A stretch of 64,000 bases of DNA from an uncultured delta proteobacterium (GCA_963724765.1 CAVRVY010000003.1:1024001-1088000), one strand, 5' to 3'. Counted from the first letter of the stretch, positions 27,141-37,077 are shown. The notes: generated from the letters alone by a model not told the origin. Program-made: numbers and translations.

Positions 27141-28817
27141 TCAACATTGTCCCGAGCGCAGCACCTGCCCCGGCATCGCGCCGCTCGCGCGACCGTGCTC
27201 GTAGAGCACCCGCCCGTTGACGACCGTGTACTCGATCCCCTCGGCGGGCATCACCAGGCGTCGTCCGCCGCCCGGCAGATCGTGCTGCATGCGCGCTCGC
27301 TTGGCCGAACCGACGGTATTGTAGTCGAAGATCGCGATGTCGGCGGCGAGGCCGGGGCGCAGACGGCCGCGCCGTTGGATGCCGAAAAAGTCGGCCGGCT
27401 GCGACGTGATACGCTTGACCGCGTGCTCGAGCGTCAGCGCCTGGCGCTCGCGCACCCACTTGCCGAGCAGGTAGGTGCAGTAACCGGCGTCGCACAGCAT
27501 GTCGACGTGCGCGCCGCCGTCGGACAGCCCGAGCATCGTGCGCGGGTCGCCAATCAGCCGCCCGATTCCCTCCTCGTGGTACTGCGCCATCGTGTACTGG
27601 ATGTTGAGGTCGTCCTCCAGCGCGAGGTCGAGGAACGTATCGAGCGGGTCGCGGCCGCGCTCGGCGGCGATCTCCGCGACGTTTTTGCGCTCAAGCCCTT
27701 TGAGCGCGGGGCTCGCGGCCTCGAGCACTTCGACGCGATGCCATTTGCCGTTGAACAGATGCGGCCGTGTCAGCTCCTTGCGGAAGGAATCGCGAAATGC
27801 CGGGTCGGCGTAAATCCGCTTTTGCGCCTCGGGCGGCTGGTTGAAGACGGGGTTCCACGTCTCCATGTCGGCGAAGCTGAAGGGGTTGCGCAGATCGATC
27901 TGCACCACGAACGGCTTGCACAGCACCTGCGGCACGCCGCCGCGCCTGATCAGCGGCTCCAGGCGCTTGAGCGTCTCTTGCGCGTACTCGGGCCTGTCCG
28001 GCCGCGACGCCATCGCAAGCCAGGTCACCGGGCGCGCGCTCTCCGCGAGCAGAAAGTCGAGTAGTTGATATTCGTCGTCGAGCACCTGGCCCGCGCGGCG
28101 CGTGAGCGCGATTTCGATCGCGCCCTTGCCGAGTTCCTTGAGCACGTTGGAACACGCCTTGAGCTCGTCGCGGCTGGCCAGGCGGCAGGCGAGCGGTTGG
28201 CCGCGAAAGCCGATGTGCTGCGCCAGCGTGGTGGTGGAAAAGCCCATCGCGCCCGCCGCCATCGCCTCGTGCAGCAGCGCCGCGATGCGCTGGGTCTCGT
28301 TGGGCGACGCCGCGCGCTCCATCGATTCCTCGCCCATCACGAAATGGCGAAACGGTGTGAGCGGAGCGAGAAAGCCGACGTTGATTCCGACGCCGCGGCG
28401 CTCGGCCGCGTCCATGAACTCGGGAAAACTCACCCAGTCCCAGGTGATGCCCTTGCTCAGCGCGTCGAACGGAATCGCCTCGACGTTGACCAGATCCCAT
28501 GCCGCGATCTCGTGAACCTCAGGCTTGCACGGCGCGATCCCAACTCCGCAGTTGCCCATCACGACCGAGGTCACGCCGTGCCACGAGGTGCAGGTGAGCA
28601 GCGGGTCCCAGCAAATCTGCGCGTCGTAGTGGGTATGCGGATCGACGAAGCCCGGCGCGACGATTAGTTCACCGGCGTCGATGGTGCGCTGCGCGCCGCC
28701 GCTGACCTTGCCGATTTCCGCGATCGTTCCATCCTTGATCGCGACATCCGCGCGCACTCGCGGAGCGCCGGTGCCGTCGACCACGGTGCCGTTTTTGATT
28801 ACGAGGTCGTATGCCAT
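27141..28817 (-). CDS. N-acyl-D-amino-acid deacylase-family amidohydrolase
   Basis: PGFVDPHTHYDAQ, HGVTSVVMGNCG, SDGGAHV. Confidence 0.92.
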   Translation of the reverse strand: MAYDLVIKNGTVVDGTGAPRVRADVAIKDGTIAEIGKVSGGAQRTIDAGELIVAPGFVDPHTHYDAQICWDPLLTCTSWHGVTSVVMGNCGVGIAPCKPEVHEIAAWDLVNVEAIPFDALSKGITWDWVSFPEFMDAAERRGVGINVGFLAPLTPFRHFVMGEESMERAASPNETQRIAALLHEAMAAGAMGFSTTTLAQHIGFRGQPLACRLASRDELKACSNVLKELGKGAIEIALTRRAGQVLDDEYQLLDFLLAESARPVTWLAMASRPDRPEYAQETLKRLEPLIRRGGVPQVLCKPFVVQIDLRNPFSFADMETWNPVFNQPPEAQKRIYADPAFRDSFRKELTRPHLFNGKWHRVEVLEAASPALKGLERKNVAEIAAERGRDPLDTFLDLALEDDLNIQYTMAQYHEEGIGRLIGDPRTMLGLSDGGAHVDMLCDAGYCTYLLGKWVRERQALTLEHAVKRITSQPADFFGIQRRGRLRPGLAADIAIFDYNTVGSAKRARMQHDLPGGGRRLVMPAEGIEYTVVNGRVLYEHGRASGAMPGQVLRSGQC

Positions 28818-29008
28818 TGGGGGAAGTCCCTCCCTCGCGCGAAGTGAAGGCCTCTCTTCTTGTATCCAGCGCGCCCACTTGCGGGCAAGCCGCGGCGCCC
28901 GGAATTAGTGGGTTGGTTTGTCCCTTGGGTGAACGGCCGCTACCGTGGTATTCGATGGAGCGTCGCCCGCACGCGACGTAAATCCAGCACTTGCCAGCGG
29001 AGGCCACG

Positions 29009-29863
29009 ATGTCGACGACCTTTGGCGCGATGATGTTTCCGACCGACTACGCGATCCAGCCGATCGAGCTGGCGCGCGCAGTCGAGGACCGCGGGCTCGA
29101 TTCGCTCTACTTCCCCGAGCATACACATATTCCGACCAGCCGGCGCAGCCCGTGGCCCGGCGGCGGCGATCTTCCCCAGGAATACTGGCATACGCATGAC
29201 CCTTTCGTGGCTCTGGGAGCGGCCGCCGCGGCGACCAAACGCATCAGGCTTGGCACGGGAGTGTGCCTGGTGATCGAACGCGATCCGATCGTGTTGGCCA
29301 AGGAATGCGCCTCGCTCGACTTGATTTCGGGCGGGCGCCTGGTGTTGGGAATCGGCGGCGGATGGAACGCCGAGGAGATGGAGGATCACGGCACGGATTT
29401 CCGCAAGAGATGGGCGCTGCTGCGCGAGCGGATTTTGGCGATGCGCGCCATCTGGACCAAGGATCCGGCCGAGTTCCACGGCGAGTTCGTCAACTTCGCG
29501 CCGATGCTGGCGTTTCCCAAGCCCGTGCAAAAGGGCGGTCCGCCGGTGCTGCTGGGCTCGGAGGCCAAGCGATGCTTCGAGCGGGTGGTCGACTACTGCG
29601 ACGGATGGATGCCGATTTACCGGCGCAACCATACGCTGGCCGACGGAGTGAAACAGTTGCGCGAGGCGGCGAGCCGTGCCGGCCGGCGCTTCGAGTCGCT
29701 GACGCTTTCGATCTTTGGCGTGCCGCCGCGCGAGGACGAGGCGAAGAAGCTTATCGAGATCGGGTTCCATGAACTTATTTTTGCGTTGCCGCCGGCCCCG
29801 GCCGACAAGGTGCTGCCGATGCTCGATAGCTACGCGGCAATCAAAAGCAAGCTCGCCGCATAA
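29009..29863 (+). CDS. LLM-class, probably F420-dependent oxidoreductase (Rv2161c-like)
   Basis: MFPTDYAIQP, PEHTHIP, DPFVAL, RDPIVLAKECASLD, GWNAEEM. Confidence 0.88.
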   Translation: MSTTFGAMMFPTDYAIQPIELARAVEDRGLDSLYFPEHTHIPTSRRSPWPGGGDLPQEYWHTHDPFVALGAAAAATKRIRLGTGVCLVIERDPIVLAKECASLDLISGGRLVLGIGGGWNAEEMEDHGTDFRKRWALLRERILAMRAIWTKDPAEFHGEFVNFAPMLAFPKPVQKGGPPVLLGSEAKRCFERVVDYCDGWMPIYRRNHTLADGVKQLREAASRAGRRFESLTLSIFGVPPREDEAKKLIEIGFHELIFALPPAPADKVLPMLDSYAAIKSKLAA

Positions 29864-29915
29864 TCGTCGATCCCGTTCGGCGCGATCACTCGGCGCGTAA
29901 CGGAGGTTGCTTGCG

Positions 29916-30695
29916 ATGGGACGCCTCGATGGAAAAGTCGCTCTGATCGTGGGCGGAGGCGCCGACGGGCCGCCCAACGCGGGCGAGACGCTTTCGATCG
30001 GCAATGGGCGCGCAACTGCGATCCTGTGCGCTCGTGAGGGCGCCGCGGTGATGGTCGCCGACCGCTCCGTGACGCTGGCCGGCGAGACCGCCGAGGCGAT
30101 TCGCGCCGAGGGCGGCCGCGCCGACTCGGTCGCCGCCGATGTCACGCGTGAGGACGACTGCCGCCACGCCTGCGAGGCCGCGGTGCGCGCCTGCGGCAAG
30201 CTCAACCTGCTGGTCAACAACGTCGGGATCGCAATCGGCGGCCGCCTGCTCGAGACCACTATCGAGCAGTTCGACACGATGTCCAACGTCAACGTGCGCG
30301 GCCAGTTCCTGATGATGAAGTATGCGGTGCCCGAGATGGCCAAGGCCGGAGGCGGCGCGATCGTCAACGTTTCCTCGCTGGCCGCGATTCGCACCGGCTC
30401 GGGCCTGCCCTACGAGACCACCAAGGCGGCGCTGCTCGGGCTCACCCGCTCGGTCGCGGTCACACACGCGCGCGACAAGATCCGCGTCAACACGATCCTG
30501 CCGGGGTTGATCAACTCCTCGATGGTGCGCCGGCTGGTCGGCGACCGCGAAGAGCGCGTCGCGCCGCGCATCCCGATGCGCCGCCAGGGCACGCCGTGGG
30601 AGATCGGCAAGGCGATCGTTTTCCTGCTCTCCGACGACGCGTCGTATATCACCGGCACCGAGCTAATCGTCGACGGCGGCCTGAGCGCTCGCTAA
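29916..30695 (+). CDS. SDR-family oxidoreductase
   Basis: GRLDGKVALIVG...GNGRA, NNVG, YETTK, YITGTELIVDGG. Confidence 0.9.
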   Translation: MGRLDGKVALIVGGGADGPPNAGETLSIGNGRATAILCAREGAAVMVADRSVTLAGETAEAIRAEGGRADSVAADVTREDDCRHACEAAVRACGKLNLLVNNVGIAIGGRLLETTIEQFDTMSNVNVRGQFLMMKYAVPEMAKAGGGAIVNVSSLAAIRTGSGLPYETTKAALLGLTRSVAVTHARDKIRVNTILPGLINSSMVRRLVGDREERVAPRIPMRRQGTPWEIGKAIVFLLSDDASYITGTELIVDGGLSAR

Positions 30696-30801
30696 GCCGT
30701 CGCTCTCGGTAAAGCGCGTGTTTGAACCCCGCCGCGGGGAGCAATAGATTTGGAATCTGGCGCCGCCAGGCTTTAAAGGGACCGCGGAGGCAGGCCGTCC
30801 G

Positions 30802-31572
30802 ATGAAACTGTTCACTTTTGCGACCAGTCCATACGCGCGCAAGGCCCGAATGGTGCTGGAGTACAAGGGGATCGAGTGCGAGATGGTCGAGCGATGCTAC
30901 TCGCTCGATCGCAAGCCGGACTTGCGCGACGCGAGCGAGCGCGCCGAGGTCCCGGTGCTGGTGCTCGACGACGGCCGCGCTATCGCGGACTCCACCATCA
31001 TTTGTGAGTATCTCGAAGACGCCCATCCGAGGCCGCCGGTGTTTCCCGCCGATCCCTTTGAGCGCGCGCGGATGCGCGCGATAGATGATCTGTGCGACCG
31101 TACTTTCGACGCGACCGTCTTTGGCTATTTCCTCGGCGTCGTGCGGTCGGCGGCGCCCGAGTCCAAGGCGATGCAAGACGCCGGGCGCGCCGAGTTCAAG
31201 GCGCTGCTTGCGCGGCTGGAGAGCGAACTGGGAGGCCGCGATTATTTCTGCGGCGCCGCGCTCTCGCTCGCCGACTTCGCCGCCATCTGCCACCTGCCGG
31301 TCGCCCGTGTGATGCACCTTCCGATGAATGAATTTCCCCGCCTGGCGGCTTGGGAGAAACGGATGCGCGCGATTCCGTTGGTCGCCGCCGACCTCGAGAG
31401 CGCGCGCAAGGCGATGGCCGAGGGCAATATCGCCGACGAGTTCGAGGGCCCCGACGGCCGCGTCCATTGGCGCGACAGTCGGTTGGAATGGCCCATCCGG
31501 CACGGCTTTGTCGATTTCATTGCGCGCGAATTCCATGCAGGTAAGATGATGTTTCCGCCCGACGCGTCGTAA
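30802..31572 (+). CDS. Glutathione S-transferase family protein with C-terminal extension
   Basis: SPYARKAR, EVPVL, DSTIICEYLED, LSLADF. Confidence 0.88.
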   Translation: MKLFTFATSPYARKARMVLEYKGIECEMVERCYSLDRKPDLRDASERAEVPVLVLDDGRAIADSTIICEYLEDAHPRPPVFPADPFERARMRAIDDLCDRTFDATVFGYFLGVVRSAAPESKAMQDAGRAEFKALLARLESELGGRDYFCGAALSLADFAAICHLPVARVMHLPMNEFPRLAAWEKRMRAIPLVAADLESARKAMAEGNIADEFEGPDGRVHWRDSRLEWPIRHGFVDFIAREFHAGKMMFPPDAS

Positions 31573-31624
31573 GAACGCGCCGCGCCCGGACGCAAGCTCA
31601 GGCAAGTCCACGAGGAGCGTATCG

Positions 31625-32485
31625 ATGCCCGTCGCCTACATCCCCCGCACGCGCGAGCTTTACAACGCCTACACGCCCTATCGATGGGTCGTGAATGAAG
31701 AGCCGCCGCCGTGGACGCCGCTAAAAAAACCGCTTGCGCAGTGCAAGGTCGCGCTGATGAGCTCGGGCGGCGTGCTCTACCGCGACCAGCCGCGGTTCCA
31801 TCGCGAGGACGCGAGCTACCGGCTCATCCCCAAGAACGCGCGGCGCGACGAACTCAGCGTCTGGCATTTCGGCTATCCCACCAGGGACGCCGAGAAGGAT
31901 CCCAACTGCGTTTTTCCGCTTGAGCGGATGCGCGAGTTCGAAGCCGACGGCCGTATCGGAGAGCTGTGCGATCCGGCGTTCACTTTCATGGGCGGAGTAT
32001 ATTCGGCGCGCAAGGTGCGCGAGGAACTGGCGCCGAAAATCGTCGAAGAACTTCGCAGCCGCAACGTGGAGGCGTTTTACCTGGTGCCTGCCTGACCCGT
32101 GTGCCATCAGTCCGTTGGACTGATCGCCCGCGAAGTCGAAGCCGCCGGCATCCCGACACTGTGCATGACCTCGGCATATGACATAACGCAAGCCGTCAAT
32201 CCGCCGCGCGCGGTATTCCTCAACTACCCGCTCGGCCATCAGACGGGCAAACCGAATGATCCGGAAAACCAGCGCGCGATCGTGGGCGACGCGCTCGGCG
32301 CGTTCGAAACGATAAGCAAGCCCGGCACGATCGTCGAGCTGCCCTACGTGTGGGATGCGAACGATCGCCGATGGGAGGAGACTGATTACACGCCCGGATT
32401 CCTGCCCCCGCGGCCTAAAAAGGCCGACGCCGATCTGGCCGAGCAGGAGCGCCGCCGCCGCTACACGACGGCCAATTCGGGGTAA
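31625..32485 (+). CDS. PrdB/GrdB-like (proline/glycine/betaine reductase B family) selenoprotein, Sec at TGA 32093-32095
   Basis: ORFs 31625..32095 and 32099..32485 share a frame and are joined by one TGA, giving LVPA-U-PVCHQSVGLIAREVEAAGIPT. Family motifs: KVALMSSGG, DPNCVFPLERMRE, PPRAVFLNYPLGH. Hairpin directly downstream. Confidence 0.88.
32106..32124 (+). promoter_or_regulatory. Bacterial SECIS-like hairpin
   Basis: ATCAGTCC-GTT-GGACTGAT perfect 8-bp stem starting 11 nt after the UGA; the loop begins with GU. Confidence 0.7.
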
Positions 32486-32548
32486 ACCGTAGCGCCGGCC
32501 GCCGCACTGGTTCGCCGCGGCCGGTAATCTGACCAGGGAGAATTGACG

Positions 32549-33070
32549 ATGGCTGAAGAACGCAAAGGCGCGGTCACGATGCGCGGAAATCCGATGACGC
32601 TGGTGGGGCCGGAACTCAAGCCCGGACAGAAGGCGCCCGCCTTCACCGCCGTGGGCAAAGGGCTCGCGCCGGTGACGCTCGACCAGTTCAAGGGCAAGGT
32701 CAAAATCATCGCCGCGATCCCGTCGATCGATACGCCCGTGTGCGACGCTGAGACCCGTCGCTTCAACGAGGAAGCCGCCAAGCTGCCCGGCGACGTGCAG
32801 ATATTGACCATCTCGATGGACCTGCCGTTCGCGCAGGCGCGCTGGTGCGGCGCGGCCGGCGTCGACAAGGTCACCACGATCAGCGACTGGCGCGCGGCCG
32901 AGTTCGGCCAGAAATACGGCGCGCTCATCAAGGAGCTGCATCTGCTCGCACGCGCGGTTTTCGTGCTCGACAAGAACGACAACGTCGTGTACGCCGAATA
33001 CGTCAAGGAAGTGGCCAACCAGCCCAACTTCGAGGCCGCGCTCGACGCGGCGCGCAAGGCGGCGGCCTAG
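32549..33070 (+). CDS. tpx: Thiol peroxidase (atypical 2-Cys peroxiredoxin)
   Basis: PSIDTPVCDAETRRFN, ISMDLPFAQARWC, LLARAVFV. Confidence 0.95.
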   Translation: MAEERKGAVTMRGNPMTLVGPELKPGQKAPAFTAVGKGLAPVTLDQFKGKVKIIAAIPSIDTPVCDAETRRFNEEAAKLPGDVQILTISMDLPFAQARWCGAAGVDKVTTISDWRAAEFGQKYGALIKELHLLARAVFVLDKNDNVVYAEYVKEVANQPNFEAALDAARKAAA

Positions 33071-33092
33071 GCGTCGGCCGGCGCGGCGGCTT

Positions 33093-33818
33093 GTGCGACC
33101 GTCGATCCGGACGGCGGCCGGCCGCCGCGCACTCGGCGCGCGAGATGCCGCCGCGCCATGGCGATGGCGGATCGGCGGGCGCACGCTATGGATCGTTCCG
33201 GACCAGGCGTGCCGCGTGCTGAGTTGGGCGCCGCTCGGCGGTGGCGTGCGCATCGCCCGCCTGCTCGCAAATCACCAGGTTGAGCTCGACGATCGCGAGG
33301 CTATGCTAGCGCCGCGCGGCTACCTCGCCCGCGTCGTTCGCGCCGCGGGCCACGACCCGCGGCGCGCCGTCGCGCTGATGACCGGTGCGGAAGTGACGCG
33401 CGCCGGTTATGCGCTCGCGGCTCGCGACGGCATGAGCGCCGGCGCATGGTGTACCACCGGATTTTCCAACGCGCTGCGCGCCGGAGATCGCGCGACTGTT
33501 CTTTCAACCCATGCCGGCACGATCAATCTCATCGTGGTGCTCAATCGCCCGCTCGCGAGCGCAGCGATGGTCGAGGCGGTGGAGATAGCCACTGAGGCGC
33601 GCGCTCTCGCTGTGCTCGAGGCCGGGATCAAAAGCGTTCGCTCTGGCGCGCCGGCGACCGGCACCGGCACCGACTGTATCGCGATCGCCGCGCCGGTGCG
33701 CGCGACCGCGCGGGGTGTGCGCCCGGAAAGCTATTGCGGCAAGCATACGCTGCTCGGAGAACTAATCGGCCGCGCGGTGCTCGAAAGCTGCGCGCGGGCT
33801 ATCCGCCGGATGCGCTGA
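33093..33818 (+). CDS. cbiZ: Adenosylcobinamide amidohydrolase CbiZ
   Basis: ALMTGA, TTGFSNA, GTINLIV, ATEAR, ATGTGTDCI, YCGKHTLLGELIG. Confidence 0.85.
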   Translation: MRPSIRTAAGRRALGARDAAAPWRWRIGGRTLWIVPDQACRVLSWAPLGGGVRIARLLANHQVELDDREAMLAPRGYLARVVRAAGHDPRRAVALMTGAEVTRAGYALAARDGMSAGAWCTTGFSNALRAGDRATVLSTHAGTINLIVVLNRPLASAAMVEAVEIATEARALAVLEAGIKSVRSGAPATGTGTDCIAIAAPVRATARGVRPESYCGKHTLLGELIGRAVLESCARAIRRMR

Positions 33819-33831
33819 GCCGCGCGCAGAA

Positions 33832-34800
33832 ATGCAAAGCGGACTCTATCTTTCGACGTCGGCGATCGCGGTGGCGCTCGCGCTCGATTTTGCGCTAGGC
33901 GATCCGCCGTGGATGCCGCATCCGGTGCGGTTTATCGGCCGTGCCGTGACGTGGGGCGAAGCGCGTCTGCGCACCGGACAACCGCGCCCCGATCTGTGGC
34001 GCGGCGTGTTGCTCACCTTCGGAATAGTGATCGCTACGGCGATCGCGGTGTTGGTCGCGGTCGCGATTGCGTCGACCGTCGCCAACTGGCTCGGCCTTGC
34101 GGCGGCGGTATTGATTGCGTGGACGACGCTCGCGCTGAACAGCCTTGACCGCGCCGCCGGTGAAGTCGAACAGGCGCTCGGATGCGGGCGCGACGATCTC
34201 GCGCGCGCGGCGATGCCAGCGCTGGTCGGACGCGACCCCGCCACGCTCGATCGCGACGCGATGGTGCGCGCCACGGTCGAGTCGGTCGCCGAGAACTGTT
34301 CTGACGGTGTGCTCGCGCCGCTCTGCTTTCTTTTCCTTGGCGGGCCGGTCCTTGCGGTCGCCTACAAGGCGATCAACACGCTCGACTCGATGATTGGCTA
34401 CCGCGACGCGCGCTATCTCTACTTCGGACGCGCGGCGGCGCGGCTCGACGATGCCGCCAACTTCGTTCCCGCGCGAGTTACCGCGCTTTGCCTCGCCGCC
34501 GCGTCCGCGTTGACGCTTGGACGAGGCGGTGCTGCGCTCCGCGTCTGCCGCGCCGATGCGCGCAAGCATGCGAGCCCCAATGCTGGCTTTCCGGAAGCCA
34601 CGATGGCAGGCGCGCTCGGAATCGAATTGGGTGGCGATGGAGTGTACGCGGGAGAGGTCGAGCATCGCGCGCGCCTGGGACGCGCGGAGCGCGCGCCGAA
34701 GGTGGCGGATATTGCGGCGGCGCGCCGCTTGATGCGTATCGCGACGGCGATCGGGTTTGGTCTGCTCGCGCTCCTACGCTATGTCCTCTCCGGCTACTGA
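33832..34800 (+). CDS. cbiB: Adenosylcobinamide-phosphate synthase CbiB
   Basis: GDPPWMPHPV, VESVAENCSDG, YKAINTLDSMIGY, ARLDD, SPNAGFPEA. Confidence 0.94.
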   Translation: MQSGLYLSTSAIAVALALDFALGDPPWMPHPVRFIGRAVTWGEARLRTGQPRPDLWRGVLLTFGIVIATAIAVLVAVAIASTVANWLGLAAAVLIAWTTLALNSLDRAAGEVEQALGCGRDDLARAAMPALVGRDPATLDRDAMVRATVESVAENCSDGVLAPLCFLFLGGPVLAVAYKAINTLDSMIGYRDARYLYFGRAAARLDDAANFVPARVTALCLAAASALTLGRGGAALRVCRADARKHASPNAGFPEATMAGALGIELGGDGVYAGEVEHRARLGRAERAPKVADIAAARRLMRIATAIGFGLLALLRYVLSGY

Positions 34801-34908
34801 CATACGATGAACCCCGCGCGAAGCACCACGCAGATTAATTCTTGGCGATGAAGCTCGAATGATGAAGAGCGGGAAAGACCAAGCTCGCGGAACAATGAAA
34901 TCGAGGAA

Positions 34909-35967
34909 ATGAAACTCGAGATTGACCGGACTCACGGCGGCGCCGCGCCGTCCGGCGTGCTGGATTTCAGCGCCAGCCTCAACCCGCTGGGTCCGCCGCC
35001 CCCGGCGCTCGCCGCATACCATGACGCGGCCGGGCTTATCGCGCGCTATCCGTCGCCCTATCCCAACGATCTCGCCGCGCGCCTCGCGCGGCGCCATCGC
35101 GTCGCGCCCGACAACGTCGTGGTCGGCAACGGCTCGACCCAGCTAATTCATCTGCTCGCCCGCACGCTGGGTCCGCGCCTCCCGTCCGTCGCGATCCCGA
35201 CCTTCAGCGAAATCGCCAACGCGATGATCGTCGCGGGCGCGGCGCCCAGCGCGATGCCGGCGCGCCGCGAGCGCGGCTTCGCCGTCGAAATCGAGCAAAT
35301 TGAGCGCGCACTCGAGCGGGGCGCCGATGCGATCTTCATTGGCCGGCCCAATAGTCCGACCGGTGCGATGCTGAGTATCGGTGACGCGAGCGAAATCGCC
35401 GCACGATGCTCCAGCCGGGGATGCTGGTGCGTTTTCGACGAGGCCTTTATCGACTTCGCGGGCGAAGAGCATTCCGCGATCCGCCTGGCTGCCGACAATT
35501 CGCACGTTATCGTGCTGCGCTCGCTGACCAAGATGTTCGCGATCGCCGGGCTGCGCCTGGGCTACCTGGTCGCCGGTCGCGACGTGGCGCGCCGCCTGCG
35601 CGAAGCGATCGAGCCCTGGTCGGTCAACGTCGTGGCCGAGCGCGTCGGCGATGCTTGCCTGGACGTGGCCGAAGAGTTTTCCGCGCAAAGCCGCGCCTTG
35701 GTAGCGACCGAGCGCTCGCAACTCTTTTGTGCGCTTAACTCGATCGAGGGCATCCGCGCCTTTGTGTCGTCCGCGAACTTCCTGATGCTGGAGGTGGTCG
35801 CGGATGGGCGCGCCGTCGGCTTCGCGCAACATATGCTCTCGCGCGGTATCGCGGTGCGCGATTTGCGCGACCTGCCGGGATGCGGCCTCGGGATGTATCG
35901 TGTGGCGGTGCGCCTGCGCGCGGAGAATGAGCAATTGATCGCGGCGGCTCGGGCATACTTCGATTAG
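34909..35967 (+). CDS. cobD: Threonine-phosphate decarboxylase (PLP-dependent, Salmonella CobD-type)
   Basis: HGG...DFSASLNPLG, GNGS, DEAFIDF, LRSLTKMFAIAGLRLGY; cob-cluster context. Confidence 0.85.
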   Translation: MKLEIDRTHGGAAPSGVLDFSASLNPLGPPPPALAAYHDAAGLIARYPSPYPNDLAARLARRHRVAPDNVVVGNGSTQLIHLLARTLGPRLPSVAIPTFSEIANAMIVAGAAPSAMPARRERGFAVEIEQIERALERGADAIFIGRPNSPTGAMLSIGDASEIAARCSSRGCWCVFDEAFIDFAGEEHSAIRLAADNSHVIVLRSLTKMFAIAGLRLGYLVAGRDVARRLREAIEPWSVNVVAERVGDACLDVAEEFSAQSRALVATERSQLFCALNSIEGIRAFVSSANFLMLEVVADGRAVGFAQHMLSRGIAVRDLRDLPGCGLGMYRVAVRLRAENEQLIAAARAYFD

Positions 35968-36012
35968 TCAATCGAACAATTAGTCAATCGACGAATAGAT
36001 GGTGCCGTATAG

Positions 36013-37077
36013 ATGGGTGTGCTGGAAGAAACGCTCGAAGCGATAGCATTGCCTGACGAGGCGGTAGCCGCAGTAGCGGGCCGCCGTCTCGATTCATTGA
36101 CCAAGCCGCGCGGCAGCCTTGGCTACCTCGAGGAAATTGTGCGCCGCTACGCCGCGATCCGGCGCGATCCGGAGGCGCGGATGGGCGGCGGCGCACTGTG
36201 CGTGTTCGTCGCCGACCACGGCGTCGCCGAGGAAGGCGTGAGCGCCTATCCACAGGCGGTGACCGCCGAAATGCTGCGCAATATAGCGGGCGGCGCGGCG
36301 GCGATAGGGGTGCTCGCGCGGCGCCTCGGTTATCGGTTGTGGATCACAGACGTCGGCGTGCTGGCCGATACCAGCGCCGACGCGTTGTCCGCGGTACTCT
36401 ATCGGCGTATCGGTGCGGGCACGCGCAACTTGGCGCGCGAGGCCGCGATGTCCGTCGCACAGACGCGCGCCGCGCTGGAGGTTGGCGTTCAAGTCGCGCG
36501 TGGCGCGGTCGCGTCCGGCGCCACGCTTGTTGGAATCGGCGAGATGGGAATCGCCAACAGCACTTCGGCGGCGGCGTTGCTCGCGGCGTTCACGCGGCTT
36601 CGGCCGGCACGCCTGGCCGGGCGCGGCGCCGGTATCGATGACGCCGGTATGCGGCGCAAGGTCGCGGTTATCGAACGCGCGCTCAAGCTCCATCGCGCGG
36701 TGCTTGAAGATCCGCTCGCCACGCTCGCGGCACTCGGCGGCTTCGAGATCGCCGCGATGGCCGGCGCGTGTCTGGGCGGCGCGGCGCTGAATGTGCCGGT
36801 GGTGGTTGACGGCTTTATCGCAACGGCGGCTGCGGTGGCCGCCGAGCGGCTGAGCCCCGGCCTGTTCGCCCATCTGTTTTTTGGCCATCGCTCCTCCGAG
36901 GGCGGCCACGCGCTCGCGCTCGAGAAACTCGACGTACGGCCGATCGTTGACCTTGGGATGCGCTTGGGCGAGGGCACCGGCGCGGCGCTGGCGATGAGCG
37001 TGATCGAAACCGCGCTGGCGTTGTTCCACGAGATGGCGACGTTCGAGAGCGCCGGGGTCTCGGAAAAGATCGGATGA
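36013..37077 (+). CDS. cobT: Nicotinate-nucleotide--dimethylbenzimidazole phosphoribosyltransferase
   Basis: LTKPRGSLG, ADHGV, GEMGIANST, GGFEIAAM, MRLGEGTGA. Confidence 0.95.
   Translation: MGVLEETLEAIALPDEAVAAVAGRRLDSLTKPRGSLGYLEEIVRRYAAIRRDPEARMGGGALCVFVADHGVAEEGVSAYPQAVTAEMLRNIAGGAAAIGVLARRLGYRLWITDVGVLADTSADALSAVLYRRIGAGTRNLAREAAMSVAQTRAALEVGVQVARGAVASGATLVGIGEMGIANSTSAAALLAAFTRLRPARLAGRGAGIDDAGMRRKVAVIERALKLHRAVLEDPLATLAALGGFEIAAMAGACLGGAALNVPVVVDGFIATAAAVAAERLSPGLFAHLFFGHRSSEGGHALALEKLDVRPIVDLGMRLGEGTGAALAMSVIETALALFHEMATFESAGVSEKIG

Noticed and set aside
31625-32095. Treating 31625..32095 and 32099..32485 as two genes or as a nonsense pseudogene
   Set aside because: Same frame, the TGA falls at the family's Sec position (UxxC), and a SECIS-like hairpin follows.
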